This document shows positions 1-11,522 of a DNA stretch of 64,000 nt, piece after piece (the stretch's first letter is position 1; every line of letters begins with the position of its first letter). The translations under genes and the position numbers were made by a program. The stretch is from Escherichia coli (GTDB lineage: Bacteria > Pseudomonadota > Gammaproteobacteria > Enterobacterales > Enterobacteriaceae): assembly GCF_051903065.1 (NCBI RefSeq), contig NZ_CP178438.1; one strand, written 5' to 3'. The notes beneath the pieces were generated by a model. The model was not told the origin of the DNA. It saw only the letters and a program-made list of their open reading frames with translations, and made no database searches.

Positions 1-241
1 CAACTACTGCCAACGTCGCCACACCAACAGCCGTTGCCACACCGACAACTGTCGCCGTGCCGACAGCGCCAGCAGCCACGCCACCAGTGGTAGCAGCCGT
101 CGTGGTTGCACCGGTAGTGGTCGTTGTGGTGCCAGTAGTACCCGTCGTTGCCTCGGTCCCGTTTGCTGCTTCAGGGGCAGCAAACGCAGCTGGCGTCGTC
201 AACATGAAGGCCATAAGGATTGCAGAAAGCTTGTGTTTCAT
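1..241 (-). CDS. gfcA: Threonine-rich inner membrane protein GfcA (YmcD), 5' part only; gene runs off the window start
   Basis: Minus-strand ATG at 241 translates to MKHKLSAILMAFMLTTPAAFAAPEAANGTEATTGTTGTTTTT..., a signal peptide followed by a Thr/Gly-rich tract. The plus-strand track ORF 57..365 is its antisense. Confidence 0.75.
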   Translation of the reverse strand, partial: MKHKLSAILMAFMLTTPAAFAAPEAANGTEATTGTTGTTTTTTGATTTAATTGGVAAGAVGTATVVGVATAVGVATLAVV

Positions 242-681
242 AACTTTTCCTTTATTCATCGCATGGACAATACGTACGCTTGAGATCAGGATTGTCTACT
301 TTGAGTATAACATCCTTGTGAAATCTCCCTTTCCTCATACCACTTGCACTATATACAGCGGGTGAGAAAGGCGCGCAGAGGGAAATATAAGATTGTTAAC
401 GATTTCCCTCTGGAAATACGACTTGTAGGCATAAGATAAATCTTAGAAAAATACAAATTAAAGATAAAAAATTGTTAAGAAAGCTATTAACTATTGTTGG
501 TGATATAGTTTCAAGTGGTACTATAACTGGCTGTTAAGTGGCATTTATAACTATTAGTTGCAGAGATATTCGGTTAAATGGATTAGTTTCCTGGTAAAAA
601 AGTAACTTGCGTTCTAATGCATGGTGTTGACTATTGAACTATTCCAATAAAACCAGTCAGCTTTAAACAAGCAGCGTCATA

Positions 682-894
682 TTAAGAGAGATAAACATTT
701 GCCGCTGTTGGTCCTCGCAGGCCATTTACGCGACAAAATTCCACGCGTAATCCTGGTATAAGCACTTCTGCGTCGCGGGGAGTGAATGCGGAAATATGGA
801 CCTGGACTTCTTTACGACCGTCGGAGGGGATAATGAATCCTTTGCCGCTTTTGCGATCAAAGGTTTTGACAATTCCTGTCATTTTACGGGACAA
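682..894 (-). CDS. cspH: Cold-shock-like protein CspH (70 aa)
   Basis: Track [26 protein letters not shown]..., an S1-like cold-shock domain of characteristic length. Confidence 0.9.
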
Positions 895-1180
895 ACAAAT
901 TCCTTACTGAAAATACTGCGCTGCACTATACGGGGTTAATAAAATAAAGCCAGCGATATTTAAGACCGCCGGACGGCTAAAATAAAATTTGCTTAATCTC
1001 AATTATCATGCGTTAATAGCTGCGTCGGTTTGAAAGACAGACAGCATACAAAGTAGTTTACTAAAGCAGTTCTCATTATCAGGCATTATCCCCTTCTTTT
1101 GAGTCTCTCTCCTGAACACTAAGTAGTTTCTGTATTAAAGCCCTGTTTGCCGAAAGGCCCAACAATGAAGGAAGTAAAAT

Positions 1181-1393
1181 ATGTCTAATAAAATGACTGG
1201 TTTAGTAAAATGGTTTAACGCAGATAAAGGTTTTGGCTTTATCACTCCTGATGATGGCAGCAAAGACGTTTTCGTCCATTTCACCGCCATCCAGAGCAAT
1301 GAATTCCGCACGCTGAACGAAAATCAGAAAGTTGAATTTTCTATTGAGCAGGGGCAACGTGGCCCCGCGGCAGCGAACGTTGTTACGCTCTAA
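1181..1393 (+). CDS. cspG: Cold-shock protein CspG (70 aa)
   Basis: Track [37 protein letters not shown]...; the roughly 285-bp untranslated region upstream is typical of a cold-shock gene leader. Confidence 0.93.
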   Translation: MSNKMTGLVKWFNADKGFGFITPDDGSKDVFVHFTAIQSNEFRTLNENQKVEFSIEQGQRGPAAANVVTL

Positions 1394-1592
1394 GGTTGCC
1401 GTTATTACTCAACATCTCCATTTCCGCTGTCCATGTTGTCATGGTTCACAGTACCGTACATCGGCATTCGATGTGACGGAGCGAAACCCTTTGGGCGCTA
1501 AGTGTATTTTTTGTAAATCGACGATGATCACCTTTGATAACGTCGCGCTGCAAATACGCACTGACCATGCGCCGCTGGATTTCACAAAATAA
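1359..1592 (+). CDS. ymcE: Small zinc-ribbon protein (YmcE/Sfa-like) overlapping the 3' end of cspG; start codon uncertain (GTG 1359 or TTG 1332)
   Basis: Track ORF 1332..1592 with CPCCHG...CIFCKS Cys pairs; position immediately after cspG matches the K-12 order. Confidence 0.45.
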   Translation: MAPRQRTLLRSKVAVITQHLHFRCPCCHGSQYRTSAFDVTERNPLGAKCIFCKSTMITFDNVALQIRTDHAPLDFTK

Positions 1593-1786
1593 TCTCAGGC
1601 TCCCTCGTGGAGCCTTTTTTATATCTGCCTTATTTTTCTTCAACGCTGTATGTATAGTAAGCGATAACCTGTTGATTATTGAATCTTTCGGGGAGATGGC
1701 TTATAACATTTCTTACCTGACCAGGGTACCGGGAACCAACACCTTACTGGCGTGTTGCTGTCTTTCAAGACCAGACGAGGTTAACA

Positions 1787-1960
1787 GTGAATATTGAAGA
1801 GTTAAAAAAACAAGCCGAAACGGAAATCGCCGACTTTATCGCGCAAAAAATCGCCGAGCTGAACAAGAATACAGGGAAAGAAGTCTCTGAAATTCGCTTC
1901 ACCGCACGAGAAAAAATGACCGGGCTTGAAAGTTATGATGTCAAAATCAAAATAATGTGA
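1787..1960 (+). CDS. gnsA: GnsA, 57-aa small protein, GTG start
   Basis: Hand translation from GTG 1787 gives (M)NIEELKKQAETEIADFIAQKIAELNKNTGKEVSEIRFTAREKMTGLESYDVKIKIM, stop at 1958-1960. It is below the track's length cut-off. Confidence 0.8.
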   Translation: MNIEELKKQAETEIADFIAQKIAELNKNTGKEVSEIRFTAREKMTGLESYDVKIKIM

Positions 1961-2008
1961 TTTTGTGAACATCACCCCGTGCGAGGTGATGTTCCGCTTG
2001 TTGCTAAT

Positions 2009-3082
2009 TTAGTGACCAATCATTGGCGCTTGTGGAATTAAGCGTCGGTACAATTCCTCCGGCACCGGGCTTTGCCATACTCCCGCATACATTGCGTAAC
2101 CAATCACCGCAAACATAATCCCCAAAACCAGTAGTGTCATTAACCAGCCAGACAACGCAAAGGCTTTTTTATTTGCCGCAGGTTTTTGCAGTGAAAAGGT
2201 CAATGTTGAGGCTACCGGACATGACTCTACGCAAGTCATACAGCCGGTACATTCCACTGTTCGTACCTGAATTAATTTATCGACCGGGATCCGTGATGGG
2301 CAATTTTTTGCGCATTTGCCACAATCGATACAACTTTCGGCATTGCGACGAATCTTAAACGGCGATAATAGCGAAACCACGCCCATCAGCGCGCCATATG
2401 GGCAAAGATAACGACACCAGGCATGGCGAATAAACAGGCTGGCAATCAGCAAAACGGTCACGCTGATTAATGTCGCGGTCCCCATATGACGAAAGAAATC
2501 GAGCATTTTAACGTCCATCACCACGCTGTAGGGCGACAACATAAAATAGTGAATCGCCTGAGCGGGCATCAATAACGCGATATAGAGAAAAAAACTCAAC
2601 AGCACATACTTCACGCCGCGCAGAGGAATATCCAACCAGCGGGGAAGGACACATTGCCGACCAAACAGTTTGTTACCGAGAGCGCCGATTAATTCAGAAA
2701 GCGTACCAACCGGGCATAACCATGAGCAAAAGGCCTTTTTGAGTAATAGACTGATGACGATAAAAGCGACCAATAACAGCATCGCGGCGGCGTGGACGGA
2801 CGGTAACTGACCTGTTGCAAGGCTATATTTCAGATTCATCAGACCGGCAATCGGTAGCCAGCCTTCGATACCTCCCGGTCTGGCGACAAATGTCGTGCTA
2901 CTTGCCGTTTCGTAATAGCGCACCCAATACCAGAACGTGATGGCAATATAAATATTCATTGCCAACAGCAATAATTGCGTCGCTTTACGCCAGGTCGTGG
3001 CATTGTGCCAGTCATTCCACGGTAATTTGCCGCCCGTCGTGCCTGGCCGCCGCTGCCAGCGGGTTCTTTTATTCTCTGCCAT
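2009..3082 (-). CDS. yccM: Membrane-bound 4Fe-4S ferredoxin-type protein YccM (NapH/MauN-like)
   Basis: 357-aa track ORF with several TM segments and two CxxCxxCxxxCP clusters (CIDCGKCAKNCP, CTGCMTCVESCP). Confidence 0.88.
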   Translation of the reverse strand: MAENKRTRWQRRPGTTGGKLPWNDWHNATTWRKATQLLLLAMNIYIAITFWYWVRYYETASSTTFVARPGGIEGWLPIAGLMNLKYSLATGQLPSVHAAAMLLLVAFIVISLLLKKAFCSWLCPVGTLSELIGALGNKLFGRQCVLPRWLDIPLRGVKYVLLSFFLYIALLMPAQAIHYFMLSPYSVVMDVKMLDFFRHMGTATLISVTVLLIASLFIRHAWCRYLCPYGALMGVVSLLSPFKIRRNAESCIDCGKCAKNCPSRIPVDKLIQVRTVECTGCMTCVESCPVASTLTFSLQKPAANKKAFALSGWLMTLLVLGIMFAVIGYAMYAGVWQSPVPEELYRRLIPQAPMIGH

Positions 3083-3153
3083 GATTTTGCCAGTCCGTTA
3101 AGTTGCATGCCAAATGCCACTATTCTAATTATTCTTAACTGGCTGATATTGAT

Positions 3154-5898
3154 TCAAATCGCGTTCAGGTCTTTCTTATGCAACCATGCTTCCAGAGCGG
3201 CAACACTGCGTGTAATTTCTTCGTGTGGAAGGGGGGCAGATAATGGCTGCTGCTCCAGTTGTGCGCATATCTGGCTGGCGACACGCATTCCCAGACTCGA
3301 GCAACTGCTTTTTAACTGATGCGCGGCACGCTTTATTTTCTCGCTATCCTGACTGGCGCGGGCAATGTCGATTTCATCGAGAAGCGGCAGGGCATGTTGT
3401 TTAAATAATGCCAGCCATTCGTGGATCTTCTCTGTCCCCATTAACTGAGCGTCTTCATTGAGTTGCGAGACATCCAGTGGTAGATCGTTATTGGCTTGCA
3501 GTTGGAGATAGTGCGCCAGTAACTGACCGAGCACTTCACGCGGCACCGGTTTAGGGATAATCCCGCGAAATAGTAAACTGGTACGCTGGCGCAGCGTTTC
3601 GTCAATGACATGGGCGCTAAAGCCAATCAAAACCAGCGACGGATATTGCTGTGCCAGTTGCCGGGCAAGGGTAATGCCGTCGATATCCGGCAGATCAAAA
3701 TCCACCAGTGCGGCAGCAAACGGTTCGCTATTTTGCAGTGTCTCTAAAGCCTGCGCGGCATTGCCAATAGCAACAACCTGCGCACCACTGGTGTTCAGCA
3801 TCTCAACGGTAATTCGCTGGGTTAGCGGGTTATCTTCAATTAACAGCAAACGTAAACCGTCAAGACGCACCGCCTGATTGACTGTTTTTGGCACGGGTGC
3901 CGTGGCAACACGTAACGGCAAGCGTAAACAAAAACAGCTTCCAACCTCCGGCGTGCTGGTGGCGCTCAGTTCGCCGCCCATCGCCTGGGCCAGACGGCTA
4001 CTGATAGTCAGCCCCAGCCCGGTGCCGCCGCGTTTGCCGCTTACCTGCACAAATGGCTGGAAGATTTCTGCCAGTTTCGCGGGATCAATACCGCAGCCGC
4101 TGTCTTCCACTTCGACCAGCCATTGCTCGCCATCAGTGCGGCTACGTAAAACGATCTGCCCTTCGTCAGTAAAACGTAGGGCGTTGCTCAACAGGTTGGT
4201 TATAACCTGACGAATACGTCGCGGATCGCCCATTAACGCAGTCGGTACATCGTCGGCCATTTCAGTTGTCAGGCGAATCGGCCGACCTTTCACCCGTCCG
4301 CTCATTAATTGCAGGGTACTTTCCAGCAGCGGGCGCGGTTCAAAGGGCTCATCGCTGACCGAAACATTCTTGCCACCTGCTTCGATAGCGGAATAATCGA
4401 GAATATCGTTGAGGATGGTCAGCAACGATTCGCCGGAGTCGGTAATTGCCCGCAAATCATCACGCTGGGCGTTAAGTGCGGGGTTATCTGCCAGTAGCTG
4501 TGCGGTGCCGAGAATACCGTACAGCGGTGTGCGGATCTCATGGCTCATCGCCGCCAGAAACGCCGATTTTGCCTGGCTGGCTTTTTCTGCTTCCGCCCGT
4601 GCTTGTCGGTGTTCTATCACCAGTTCCTGCAATTCAGCTGTACGCGCTTTGACCTGTGCCGCCAGCTGTTCGCGGTGGCGATTCAGTGCATGAACACTGC
4701 TGCGAAACGCATCCATCAGCCGCCCGATGGTGTCCAGCTCCCGTACACCAGCGGTTTCCGGGAAAGGGGAGTCAATATCACCGTCCAGCAGCCGTTGCAG
4801 CGCCTGCGTTTGTTCGGCAAGTGGACGCGTGACTGAGCGATAAACCACGCGCCAGAGGATCAGAATCAGTGCGCAAAGTGAAACCATCCCCAGCAATAAC
4901 AGGCTGTATTGCCCGCGTGCACTGGCTTTTTCCAGATGCGCCAGTCCATGCTGATTGCGCAGCTCAATGGTGTCGACCAGCTGACTGACTTCGCTACTAA
5001 ACAGCGCGAACTGGGCGATATTATTTTGGGCGAGAGTTTGCAGGTGATTGCTGATTTCACTGTCCTGCTGGAACAGCGCCAGCAAATCGCTATATTGGCT
5101 AACGGTAGTTAACGTTGTTGCGACCTGCGCACGAACTCCCGGATCTTCAATGCGTATTTGCCGACGTTGCAGAATTTTCACCGCATTATTGAGCTGCTTT
5201 TCCAGCGTTGGTGCATTTTTCTGGAGCTGCTCCAGCCCCAGATTCATCACCATTTGCTGCACCCGCAGAGCGCTAAGGCGCAGTTCATTCATCTGGTTAA
5301 CATACTCAAGATCGATATCAATCAGCCGATCGAGTGCACTTTCAGCAGCCTGACGCTGATGTTGTTCGATCAAATCGTAAATCCCGGCCTGGGTCGCTCC
5401 GGCGGAGGTTGCCGCATTATTCGCCTGACCTTGCGCCAGGCGTGCGATCTCATCGGCGGCAGCGACTATCTGCTGACTGAGTTGCTGTTGTTGCTGGCGC
5501 AGTTGCAAACGCTGCCCCACCAGTTCCCCTTGCTGACGTAACGAACGGGAGATCTCCTGCTCCTGTTGTTCAATAGCGGTGGTATCAAAACCTTGTTCCC
5601 GTAACGCTTGCAGCAACGCATTAATCTTCAGGCTTTGTGCGGTGAGCATTCGCCCCTGCGCCTGCCACATCTTTTCGTTATCGGCACTGGTCAGGTTCTG
5701 CGCGGCGAAAAGTTCCCAGGCGCTGGCTTCGCTCAACTGGCGCGCCATATTCATGGTAGGAATCAATGCCTGAGTATTGTCTTTTTCCACCTGGCTGATA
5801 AAGCGCAGGTTGTACCATCCCACCAGGGTACTGGTCAGGGTTAACAGCGCCATCAGGGCAAAGCCCATCCAGAGTCTTCGGGTCAGGGTTAAATTCAC
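3154..5898 (-). CDS. torS: Hybrid sensor histidine kinase TorS (TMAO sensing)
   Basis: 914-aa ORF with periplasmic domain, HisKA H-box ([11 protein letters not shown]), ATPase, receiver (LLIEDNPL...DFDLPDIDG) and C-terminal HPt domain; sits beside torT and torR. Confidence 0.93.
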   Translation of the reverse strand: MNLTLTRRLWMGFALMALLTLTSTLVGWYNLRFISQVEKDNTQALIPTMNMARQLSEASAWELFAAQNLTSADNEKMWQAQGRMLTAQSLKINALLQALREQGFDTTAIEQQEQEISRSLRQQGELVGQRLQLRQQQQQLSQQIVAAADEIARLAQGQANNAATSAGATQAGIYDLIEQHQRQAAESALDRLIDIDLEYVNQMNELRLSALRVQQMVMNLGLEQLQKNAPTLEKQLNNAVKILQRRQIRIEDPGVRAQVATTLTTVSQYSDLLALFQQDSEISNHLQTLAQNNIAQFALFSSEVSQLVDTIELRNQHGLAHLEKASARGQYSLLLLGMVSLCALILILWRVVYRSVTRPLAEQTQALQRLLDGDIDSPFPETAGVRELDTIGRLMDAFRSSVHALNRHREQLAAQVKARTAELQELVIEHRQARAEAEKASQAKSAFLAAMSHEIRTPLYGILGTAQLLADNPALNAQRDDLRAITDSGESLLTILNDILDYSAIEAGGKNVSVSDEPFEPRPLLESTLQLMSGRVKGRPIRLTTEMADDVPTALMGDPRRIRQVITNLLSNALRFTDEGQIVLRSRTDGEQWLVEVEDSGCGIDPAKLAEIFQPFVQVSGKRGGTGLGLTISSRLAQAMGGELSATSTPEVGSCFCLRLPLRVATAPVPKTVNQAVRLDGLRLLLIEDNPLTQRITVEMLNTSGAQVVAIGNAAQALETLQNSEPFAAALVDFDLPDIDGITLARQLAQQYPSLVLIGFSAHVIDETLRQRTSLLFRGIIPKPVPREVLGQLLAHYLQLQANNDLPLDVSQLNEDAQLMGTEKIHEWLALFKQHALPLLDEIDIARASQDSEKIKRAAHQLKSSCSSLGMRVASQICAQLEQQPLSAPLPHEEITRSVAALEAWLHKKDLNAI

Positions 5899-5980
5899 GG
5901 TCGGTGCACTTTAGGTGAAAAATGTTGAGTCGCAAAGCGGAATGCATCTAGCATAAAGTCTTATTATTGATGAGGCTATC

Positions 5981-7009
5981 ATGCGCGTACTGCTATTTTT
6001 ACTTCTTTCCCTTTTCATGTTGCCGGCATTTTCGGCTGATAACCTGTTGCGCTGGCATGATGCGCAGCATTTCACGGTGCAAGCCTCTATGCCGCTAAAA
6101 GCCAAACGCGTATGGAAACTGTGCGCGCTTTATCCCAGCCTGAAAGATTCATACTGGTTATCGTTGAACTATGGTATGCAGGAGGCTGCTCGCCGCTACG
6201 GTGTGGATTTAAAAGTGCTGGAGGCAGGCGGCTACAGCCAGTTGGCTACCCAGCAAGCACAAATCGACCAGTGTAAACAGTGGGGCGCAGAGGCCATTTT
6301 GCTCGGTAGTAGCACGACGTCATTTCCCGATCTGCAAAAGCAGGTAGCAAGTCTGCCGGTGATCGAACTGGTAAATGCTATTGATGCTCCCCAGGTGAAA
6401 AGCCGCGTTGGTGTACCCTGGTTTCAGATGGGCTATCAACCTGGGCGATATCTGGTGCAATGGGCGCACGGTAAACCACTGAACGTGCTGTTGATGCCCG
6501 GACCCGATAACGCCGGGGGCAGTAAGGAGATGGTCGAGGGTTTTCGCGCAGCCATTGCCGGAAGCCCGGTGCGTATTGTTGATATTGCGCTCGGTGATAA
6601 CGATATTGAAATCCAGCGTAACCTGTTGCAGGAGATGCTGGAACGCCATCCAGAAATCGACGTCGTTGCCGGAACGGCCATTGCGGCAGAGGCGGCAATG
6701 GGTGAAGGGCGCAACCTGAACACGCCGCTTACCGTGGTGTCGTTTTATCTTTCACATCAGGTGTATCGCGGGCTGAAGCGGGGAAGAGTGATTATGGCTG
6801 CCAGCGATCAAATGGTCTGGCAGGGGGAACTGGCGGTTGAGCAGGCCATCAGGCAGTTACAGGGGCAATCGGTGTCTGATAATGTCAGCCCACCGATTTT
6901 AGTTCTGACGCCGAAAAATGCCGACCGAGAACATATCCGCCGCTCGCTGTCACCGGGGGGATTTCGTCCGGTCTATTTTTATCAGCACACATCAGCGGCT
7001 AAGAAATAA
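5981..7009 (+). CDS. torT: Periplasmic TMAO-binding protein TorT
   Basis: 342-aa ORF with signal peptide MRVLLFLLLSLFMLPAFSA and a periplasmic-binding-protein fold; divergent from torS. Confidence 0.9.
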   Translation: MRVLLFLLLSLFMLPAFSADNLLRWHDAQHFTVQASMPLKAKRVWKLCALYPSLKDSYWLSLNYGMQEAARRYGVDLKVLEAGGYSQLATQQAQIDQCKQWGAEAILLGSSTTSFPDLQKQVASLPVIELVNAIDAPQVKSRVGVPWFQMGYQPGRYLVQWAHGKPLNVLLMPGPDNAGGSKEMVEGFRAAIAGSPVRIVDIALGDNDIEIQRNLLQEMLERHPEIDVVAGTAIAAEAAMGEGRNLNTPLTVVSFYLSHQVYRGLKRGRVIMAASDQMVWQGELAVEQAIRQLQGQSVSDNVSPPILVLTPKNADREHIRRSLSPGGFRPVYFYQHTSAAKK

Positions 7010-7674
7010 CCTTCGCCATGTTGTGTCACCAGTAAATCCGCGCTGAGTTTATGGCGTAAACGACGAATTAACACATCGACGGTGCGCAGGTCAGGGTTTT
7101 CCACCCGACGCGCAGAGAGCATACGCAGCAGACGTTCACGGCTGAGAATTTCTCCCGGATTCGTCACAAATGCCACCAACATTTCATACTCTGCGCGGGT
7201 CAGTTTAATCGGCTCACCATCCCGCTCCAGCGTATGGCGCGACACATTCAGGCAATAACCCGCAAAGCGATAGCAGTTGTCCTGAGTGAGCGGTTGAACT
7301 TGTCGCGCGAGGTCGATTCGCCAGAGCAGATTTTTTACCCGTACTACCAGTTCGCGCAGTTCCAGCGGTTTGGTGACGTAATCGTCTGCGCCCATTTCCA
7401 GCCCAACAATACGGTCAATCCGATCGCTGCGTCCGGTAACCAGAATAATCCCCACCGTTGAGCGTTCTCGCAGGGCGCGGGTTAACATCAGGCCATTTTC
7501 ATCGGGCAAGTTGATATCCAGCAGAATTAAATCCACCGGCTGATTCTGCATAATTTCCCGTAGCCCGGCACCGCTCGCCGTAACGGAAACGGTATACCCC
7601 TCCTGAGTGAAGTAGGATTGTAATCGCGCCTGGGTAACCGGCTCATCTTCAACAATAACAATGTGATGTGGCAT
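6982..7674 (-). CDS. torR: Response regulator TorR (OmpR family)
   Basis: 230-aa ORF MPHHIVIVEDEPVTQARLQSYF... with receiver plus winged-helix domain; its 3' end overlaps the torT 3' end by 28 bp. Confidence 0.93.
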   Translation of the reverse strand: MPHHIVIVEDEPVTQARLQSYFTQEGYTVSVTASGAGLREIMQNQPVDLILLDINLPDENGLMLTRALRERSTVGIILVTGRSDRIDRIVGLEMGADDYVTKPLELRELVVRVKNLLWRIDLARQVQPLTQDNCYRFAGYCLNVSRHTLERDGEPIKLTRAEYEMLVAFVTNPGEILSRERLLRMLSARRVENPDLRTVDVLIRRLRHKLSADLLVTQHGEGYFLAADVC

Positions 7675-7692
7675 CAGAGGGTTTTACTCATT

Positions 7693-7755
7693 CTGTTCAT
7701 ATCTGTTCATATTCTGCCGTAAGCCATTCATCCTGACCAGTGCCGCTGTTCATAT
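7693..7755 (+). promoter_or_regulatory. torCAD promoter tor boxes (TorR binding decamers CTGTTCATAT)
   Basis: Exact CTGTTCATAT at 7693-7702, 7703-7712 and 7746-7755, with a degenerate copy (cattcatcct) near 7725-7734, directly upstream of torC. Confidence 0.85.
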
Positions 7756-7803
7756 TTGCTCATTAAGATCGCTTCACTAAACCATAATTTTACAGGGGCT
7801 ATT

Positions 7804-8976
7804 ATGCGGAAACTCTGGAACGCGCTACGCCGACCCAGTGCTCGTTGGTCGGTACTGGCGCTGGTCGCTATTGGGATTGTGATTGGCATTGCGCTGATTG
7901 TATTGCCACACGTTGGGATCAAAGTCACCAGCACAACCGAATTTTGTGTCAGTTGCCACAGTATGCAACCGGTGTATGAAGAATATAAACAGTCGGTGCA
8001 TTTCCAGAACGCCTCCGGCGTGCGAGCTGAATGCCATGACTGTCATATCCCGCCGGATATTCCAGGCATGGTGAAGCGCAAACTGGAAGCGAGCAACGAC
8101 ATTTACCAGACCTTTATTGCTCACTCCATTGATACACCTGAAAAATTCGAAGCCAAACGCGCGGAACTTGCCGAGCGTGAATGGGCGCGAATGAAAGAAA
8201 ACAACTCGGCAACCTGCCGCTCCTGCCATAACTACGACGCGATGGATCATGCGAAGCAGCATCCTGAAGCGGCACGTCAGATGAAGGTGGCAGCGAAAGA
8301 TAATCAATCCTGCATCGACTGTCATAAAGGTATTGCCCACCAGTTACCGGATATGAGTAGCGGCTTCCGTAAGCAGTTCGATGAGCTGCGCGCCAGTGCT
8401 AATGACAGTGGTGACACGCTGTACTCTATTGATATTAAGCCGATTTATGCGGCGAAAGGCGATAAAGAAGCCTCTGGTTCTCTGCTGCCTGCTTCGGAAG
8501 TGAAAGTCCTTAAACGTGACGGCGACTGGCTGCAAATTGAAATTACCGGCTGGACAGAAAGCGCCGGACGTCAGCGTGTACTCACCCAATTCCCAGGTAA
8601 ACGCATCTTTGTTGCCTCGATTCGTGGTGATGTGCAGCAGCAGGTGAAAACGCTGGAGAAAACCACCGTTGCCGACACCAATACCGAGTGGAGCAAGTTG
8701 CAGGCCACCGCGTGGATGAAGAAAGGCGACATGGTGAACGATATCAAACCGATCTGGGCTTATGCGGATTCGCTGTACAACGGCACCTGTAACCAGTGCC
8801 ACGGCGCACCGGAAATCTCCCACTTTGACGCTAACGGTTGGATCGGCACGCTCAACGGCATGATTGGCTTTACCAGCCTCGATAAACGTGAAGAACGCAC
8901 CTTGTTGAAATATCTGCAAATGAATGCGTCTGACACCGCAGGTAAGGCTCACGGCGATAAGAAGGAAGAAAAATAA
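7804..8976 (+). CDS. torC: Pentahaem c-type cytochrome TorC
   Basis: ATG 7804 (MRKLWNALRRPSARW...) inside track ORF 7756..8976; several CxxCH haem motifs (CVSCH, CHDCH, CRSCH, CIDCH, CNQCH). Confidence 0.92.
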   Translation: MRKLWNALRRPSARWSVLALVAIGIVIGIALIVLPHVGIKVTSTTEFCVSCHSMQPVYEEYKQSVHFQNASGVRAECHDCHIPPDIPGMVKRKLEASNDIYQTFIAHSIDTPEKFEAKRAELAEREWARMKENNSATCRSCHNYDAMDHAKQHPEAARQMKVAAKDNQSCIDCHKGIAHQLPDMSSGFRKQFDELRASANDSGDTLYSIDIKPIYAAKGDKEASGSLLPASEVKVLKRDGDWLQIEITGWTESAGRQRVLTQFPGKRIFVASIRGDVQQQVKTLEKTTVADTNTEWSKLQATAWMKKGDMVNDIKPIWAYADSLYNGTCNQCHGAPEISHFDANGWIGTLNGMIGFTSLDKREERTLLKYLQMNASDTAGKAHGDKKEEK

Positions 8977-11522
8977 TGAACAATAACGATCTCTTTCAGG
9001 CATCACGTCGGCGTTTTCTGGCACAACTCGGCGGCTTAACCGTCGCCGGGATGCTGGGGCCGTCATTGTTAACGCCGCGCCGTGCGACTGCGGCGCAAGC
9101 GGCGACTGAGGCTGTCATCTCGAAAGAGGGTATTCTTACCGGGTCGCACTGGGGGGCTATCCGCGCGACGGTGAAGGATGGTCGCTTTGTGGCGGCAAAA
9201 CCGTTCGAACTGGATAAATATCCGTCGAAAATGATCGCCGGATTGCCGGACCACGTACACAACGCGGCGCGTATTCGTTATCCGATGGTACGCGTGGACT
9301 GGCTGCGTAAGCGCCATCTGAGCGACACCTCCCAGCGCGGTGATAACCGTTTTGTGCGTGTGAGCTGGGATGAAGCCCTCGACATGTTCTATGAAGAACT
9401 GGAACGCGTACAGAAAACTCACGGGCCGAGTGCCTTGCTGACCGCCAGTGGTTGGCAATCGACGGGGATGTTCCATAACGCTTCGGGGATGCTGGCGAAA
9501 GCTATTGCCTTGCATGGTAATAGCGTTGGTACGGGCGGAGATTACTCTACTGGTGCTGCGCAGGTGATCCTGCCGCGCGTAGTCGGTTCGATGGAAGTGT
9601 ATGAACAGCAAACCTCCTGGCCGCTGGTATTGCAGAACAGCAAAACCATTGTGCTGTGGGGCTCCGATTTGCTGAAAAACCAGCAAGCGAACTGGTGGTG
9701 CCCGGATCACGATGTTTATGAATATTACGCGCAGTTGAAAGCGAAAGTCGCCGCCGGTGAAATTGAGGTCATCAGCATCGATCCGGTTGTCACATCCACC
9801 CATGAGTATCTGGGGCGCGAGCATGTGAAGCACATTGCGGTTAACCCGCAAACTGACGTGCCGCTGCAACTGGCGCTGGCGCATACGCTGTACAGTGAAA
9901 ACCTGTACGATAAAAACTTCCTCGCTAACTACTGTGTGGGTTTTGAGCAGTTCCTGCCGTATCTGCTGGGTGAGAAAGACGGTCAGCCGAAAGATGCCGC
10001 ATGGGCTGAAAAACTGACCGGCATTGATGCCGAAACCATTCGTGGACTGGCGCGGCAGATGGCGGCGAACAGAACGCAGATTATTGCTGGCTGGTGCGTA
10101 CAGCGTATGCAGCACGGTGAACAGTGGGCGTGGATGATTGTGGTTCTGGCGGCGATGCTGGGGCAAATTGGCCTGCCAGGTGGTGGCTTTGGTTTTGGCT
10201 GGCACTATAACGGCGCAGGCACGCCGGGGCGTAAAGGCGTTATTCTGAGTGGTTTCTCCGGCTCTACGTCGATTCCGCCTGTTCACGACAACAGTGATTA
10301 CAAAGGCTACAGCAGCACCATTCCGATTGCCCGTTTTATCGATGCGATCCTCGAACCGGGGAAAGTGATCAACTGGAACGGTAAATCGGTAAAACTGCCG
10401 CCGCTGAAAATGTGTATTTTTGCCGGAACTAACCCATTCCATCGCCATCAGCAGATCAACCGCATTATTGAAGGCTGGCGCAAGCTGGAAACGGTTATCG
10501 CCATAGATAACCAGTGGACCTCAACCTGCCGCTTTGCCGATATCGTGCTGCCTGCGACCACGCAGTTTGAGCGTAACGATCTCGACCAGTACGGCAACCA
10601 CTCCAACCGTGGCATTATCGCCATGAAACAGGTCGTGCCGCCGCAGTTCGAGGCGCGCAACGACTTTGATATTTTCCGTGAGCTGTGCCGCCGCTTTAAT
10701 CGCGAAGAAGCCTTTACCGAAGGGCTGGACGAAATGGGCTGGCTGAAACGCATCTGGCAGGAAGGTGTTCAGCAAGGCAAAGGACGCGGCGTTCATTTGC
10801 CAGCGTTTGATGACTTCTGGAATAACAAAGAGTACGTCGAGTTTGACCATCCGCAGATGTTTGTTCGCCACCAGGCATTCCGCGAAGATCCGGATCTCGA
10901 ACCGCTGGGCACGCCGAGTGGCCTGATTGAGATCTATTCGAAAACCATCGCCGATATGAACTACGACGATTGTCAGGGGCATCCGATGTGGTTTGAGAAA
11001 ATCGAACGCTCCCACGGTGGGCCTGGCTCGCAGACGTATCCGTTGCATCTGCAATCTGTGCATCCGGATTTCCGACTTCACTCGCAGTTATGTGAGTCGG
11101 AAACTCTGCGTCAGCAATATACGGTAGCGGGTAAAGAGCCAGTGTTCATTAACCCGCAGGATGCCAGCGCGCGCGGTATTCGTAACGGTGATGTGGTACG
11201 CGTCTTTAACGCCCGTGGTCAGGTGTTGGCAGGGGCAGTAGTTTCTGATCGCTATGCACCCGGCGTGGCGCGAATTCACGAAGGGGCATGGTACGATCCA
11301 GATAAAGGCGGCGAGCCTGGTGCGCTGTGCAAATACGGTAACCCCAACGTGTTGACCATCGACATCGGTACTTCGCAGCTGGCGCAGGCGACCAGTGCGC
11401 ACACTACGCTGGTGGAAATTGAGAAGTACAACGGAACAGTGGAGCAGGTAACGGCGTTTAACGGCCCCGTGGAGATGGTGGCGCAGTGCGAATATGTTCC
11501 CGCGTCGCAGGTGAAATTATGA
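8976..11522 (+). CDS. torA: TMAO reductase TorA (molybdoenzyme, Tat-exported)
   Basis: 848-aa ORF with twin-arginine signal [18 protein letters not shown]; start overlaps the torC stop (TAATG). Confidence 0.95.
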   Translation: MNNNDLFQASRRRFLAQLGGLTVAGMLGPSLLTPRRATAAQAATEAVISKEGILTGSHWGAIRATVKDGRFVAAKPFELDKYPSKMIAGLPDHVHNAARIRYPMVRVDWLRKRHLSDTSQRGDNRFVRVSWDEALDMFYEELERVQKTHGPSALLTASGWQSTGMFHNASGMLAKAIALHGNSVGTGGDYSTGAAQVILPRVVGSMEVYEQQTSWPLVLQNSKTIVLWGSDLLKNQQANWWCPDHDVYEYYAQLKAKVAAGEIEVISIDPVVTSTHEYLGREHVKHIAVNPQTDVPLQLALAHTLYSENLYDKNFLANYCVGFEQFLPYLLGEKDGQPKDAAWAEKLTGIDAETIRGLARQMAANRTQIIAGWCVQRMQHGEQWAWMIVVLAAMLGQIGLPGGGFGFGWHYNGAGTPGRKGVILSGFSGSTSIPPVHDNSDYKGYSSTIPIARFIDAILEPGKVINWNGKSVKLPPLKMCIFAGTNPFHRHQQINRIIEGWRKLETVIAIDNQWTSTCRFADIVLPATTQFERNDLDQYGNHSNRGIIAMKQVVPPQFEARNDFDIFRELCRRFNREEAFTEGLDEMGWLKRIWQEGVQQGKGRGVHLPAFDDFWNNKEYVEFDHPQMFVRHQAFREDPDLEPLGTPSGLIEIYSKTIADMNYDDCQGHPMWFEKIERSHGGPGSQTYPLHLQSVHPDFRLHSQLCESETLRQQYTVAGKEPVFINPQDASARGIRNGDVVRVFNARGQVLAGAVVSDRYAPGVARIHEGAWYDPDKGGEPGALCKYGNPNVLTIDIGTSQLAQATSAHTTLVEIEKYNGTVEQVTAFNGPVEMVAQCEYVPASQVKL

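Noticed and set aside
57-365. 102-aa plus-strand ORF with a Pro/Val/Ala-rich translation
   Set aside because: It is the antisense of the Thr-rich gfcA coding sequence, which has a signal peptide and a clean minus-strand ATG at 241; the plus-strand frame is a compositional artefact.
7756-7803. Longer torC start (track ORF from 7756)
   Set aside because: ATG 7804 gives the expected MRKLWNALRR... N-terminus, and the extension would overlap the tor-box array.
8344-10448. Long minus-strand ORFs (240 aa and 459 aa) inside torC and torA
   Set aside because: Antisense frames of highly expressed, GC-biased genes; Arg-rich, low-complexity translations with no domain signatures.
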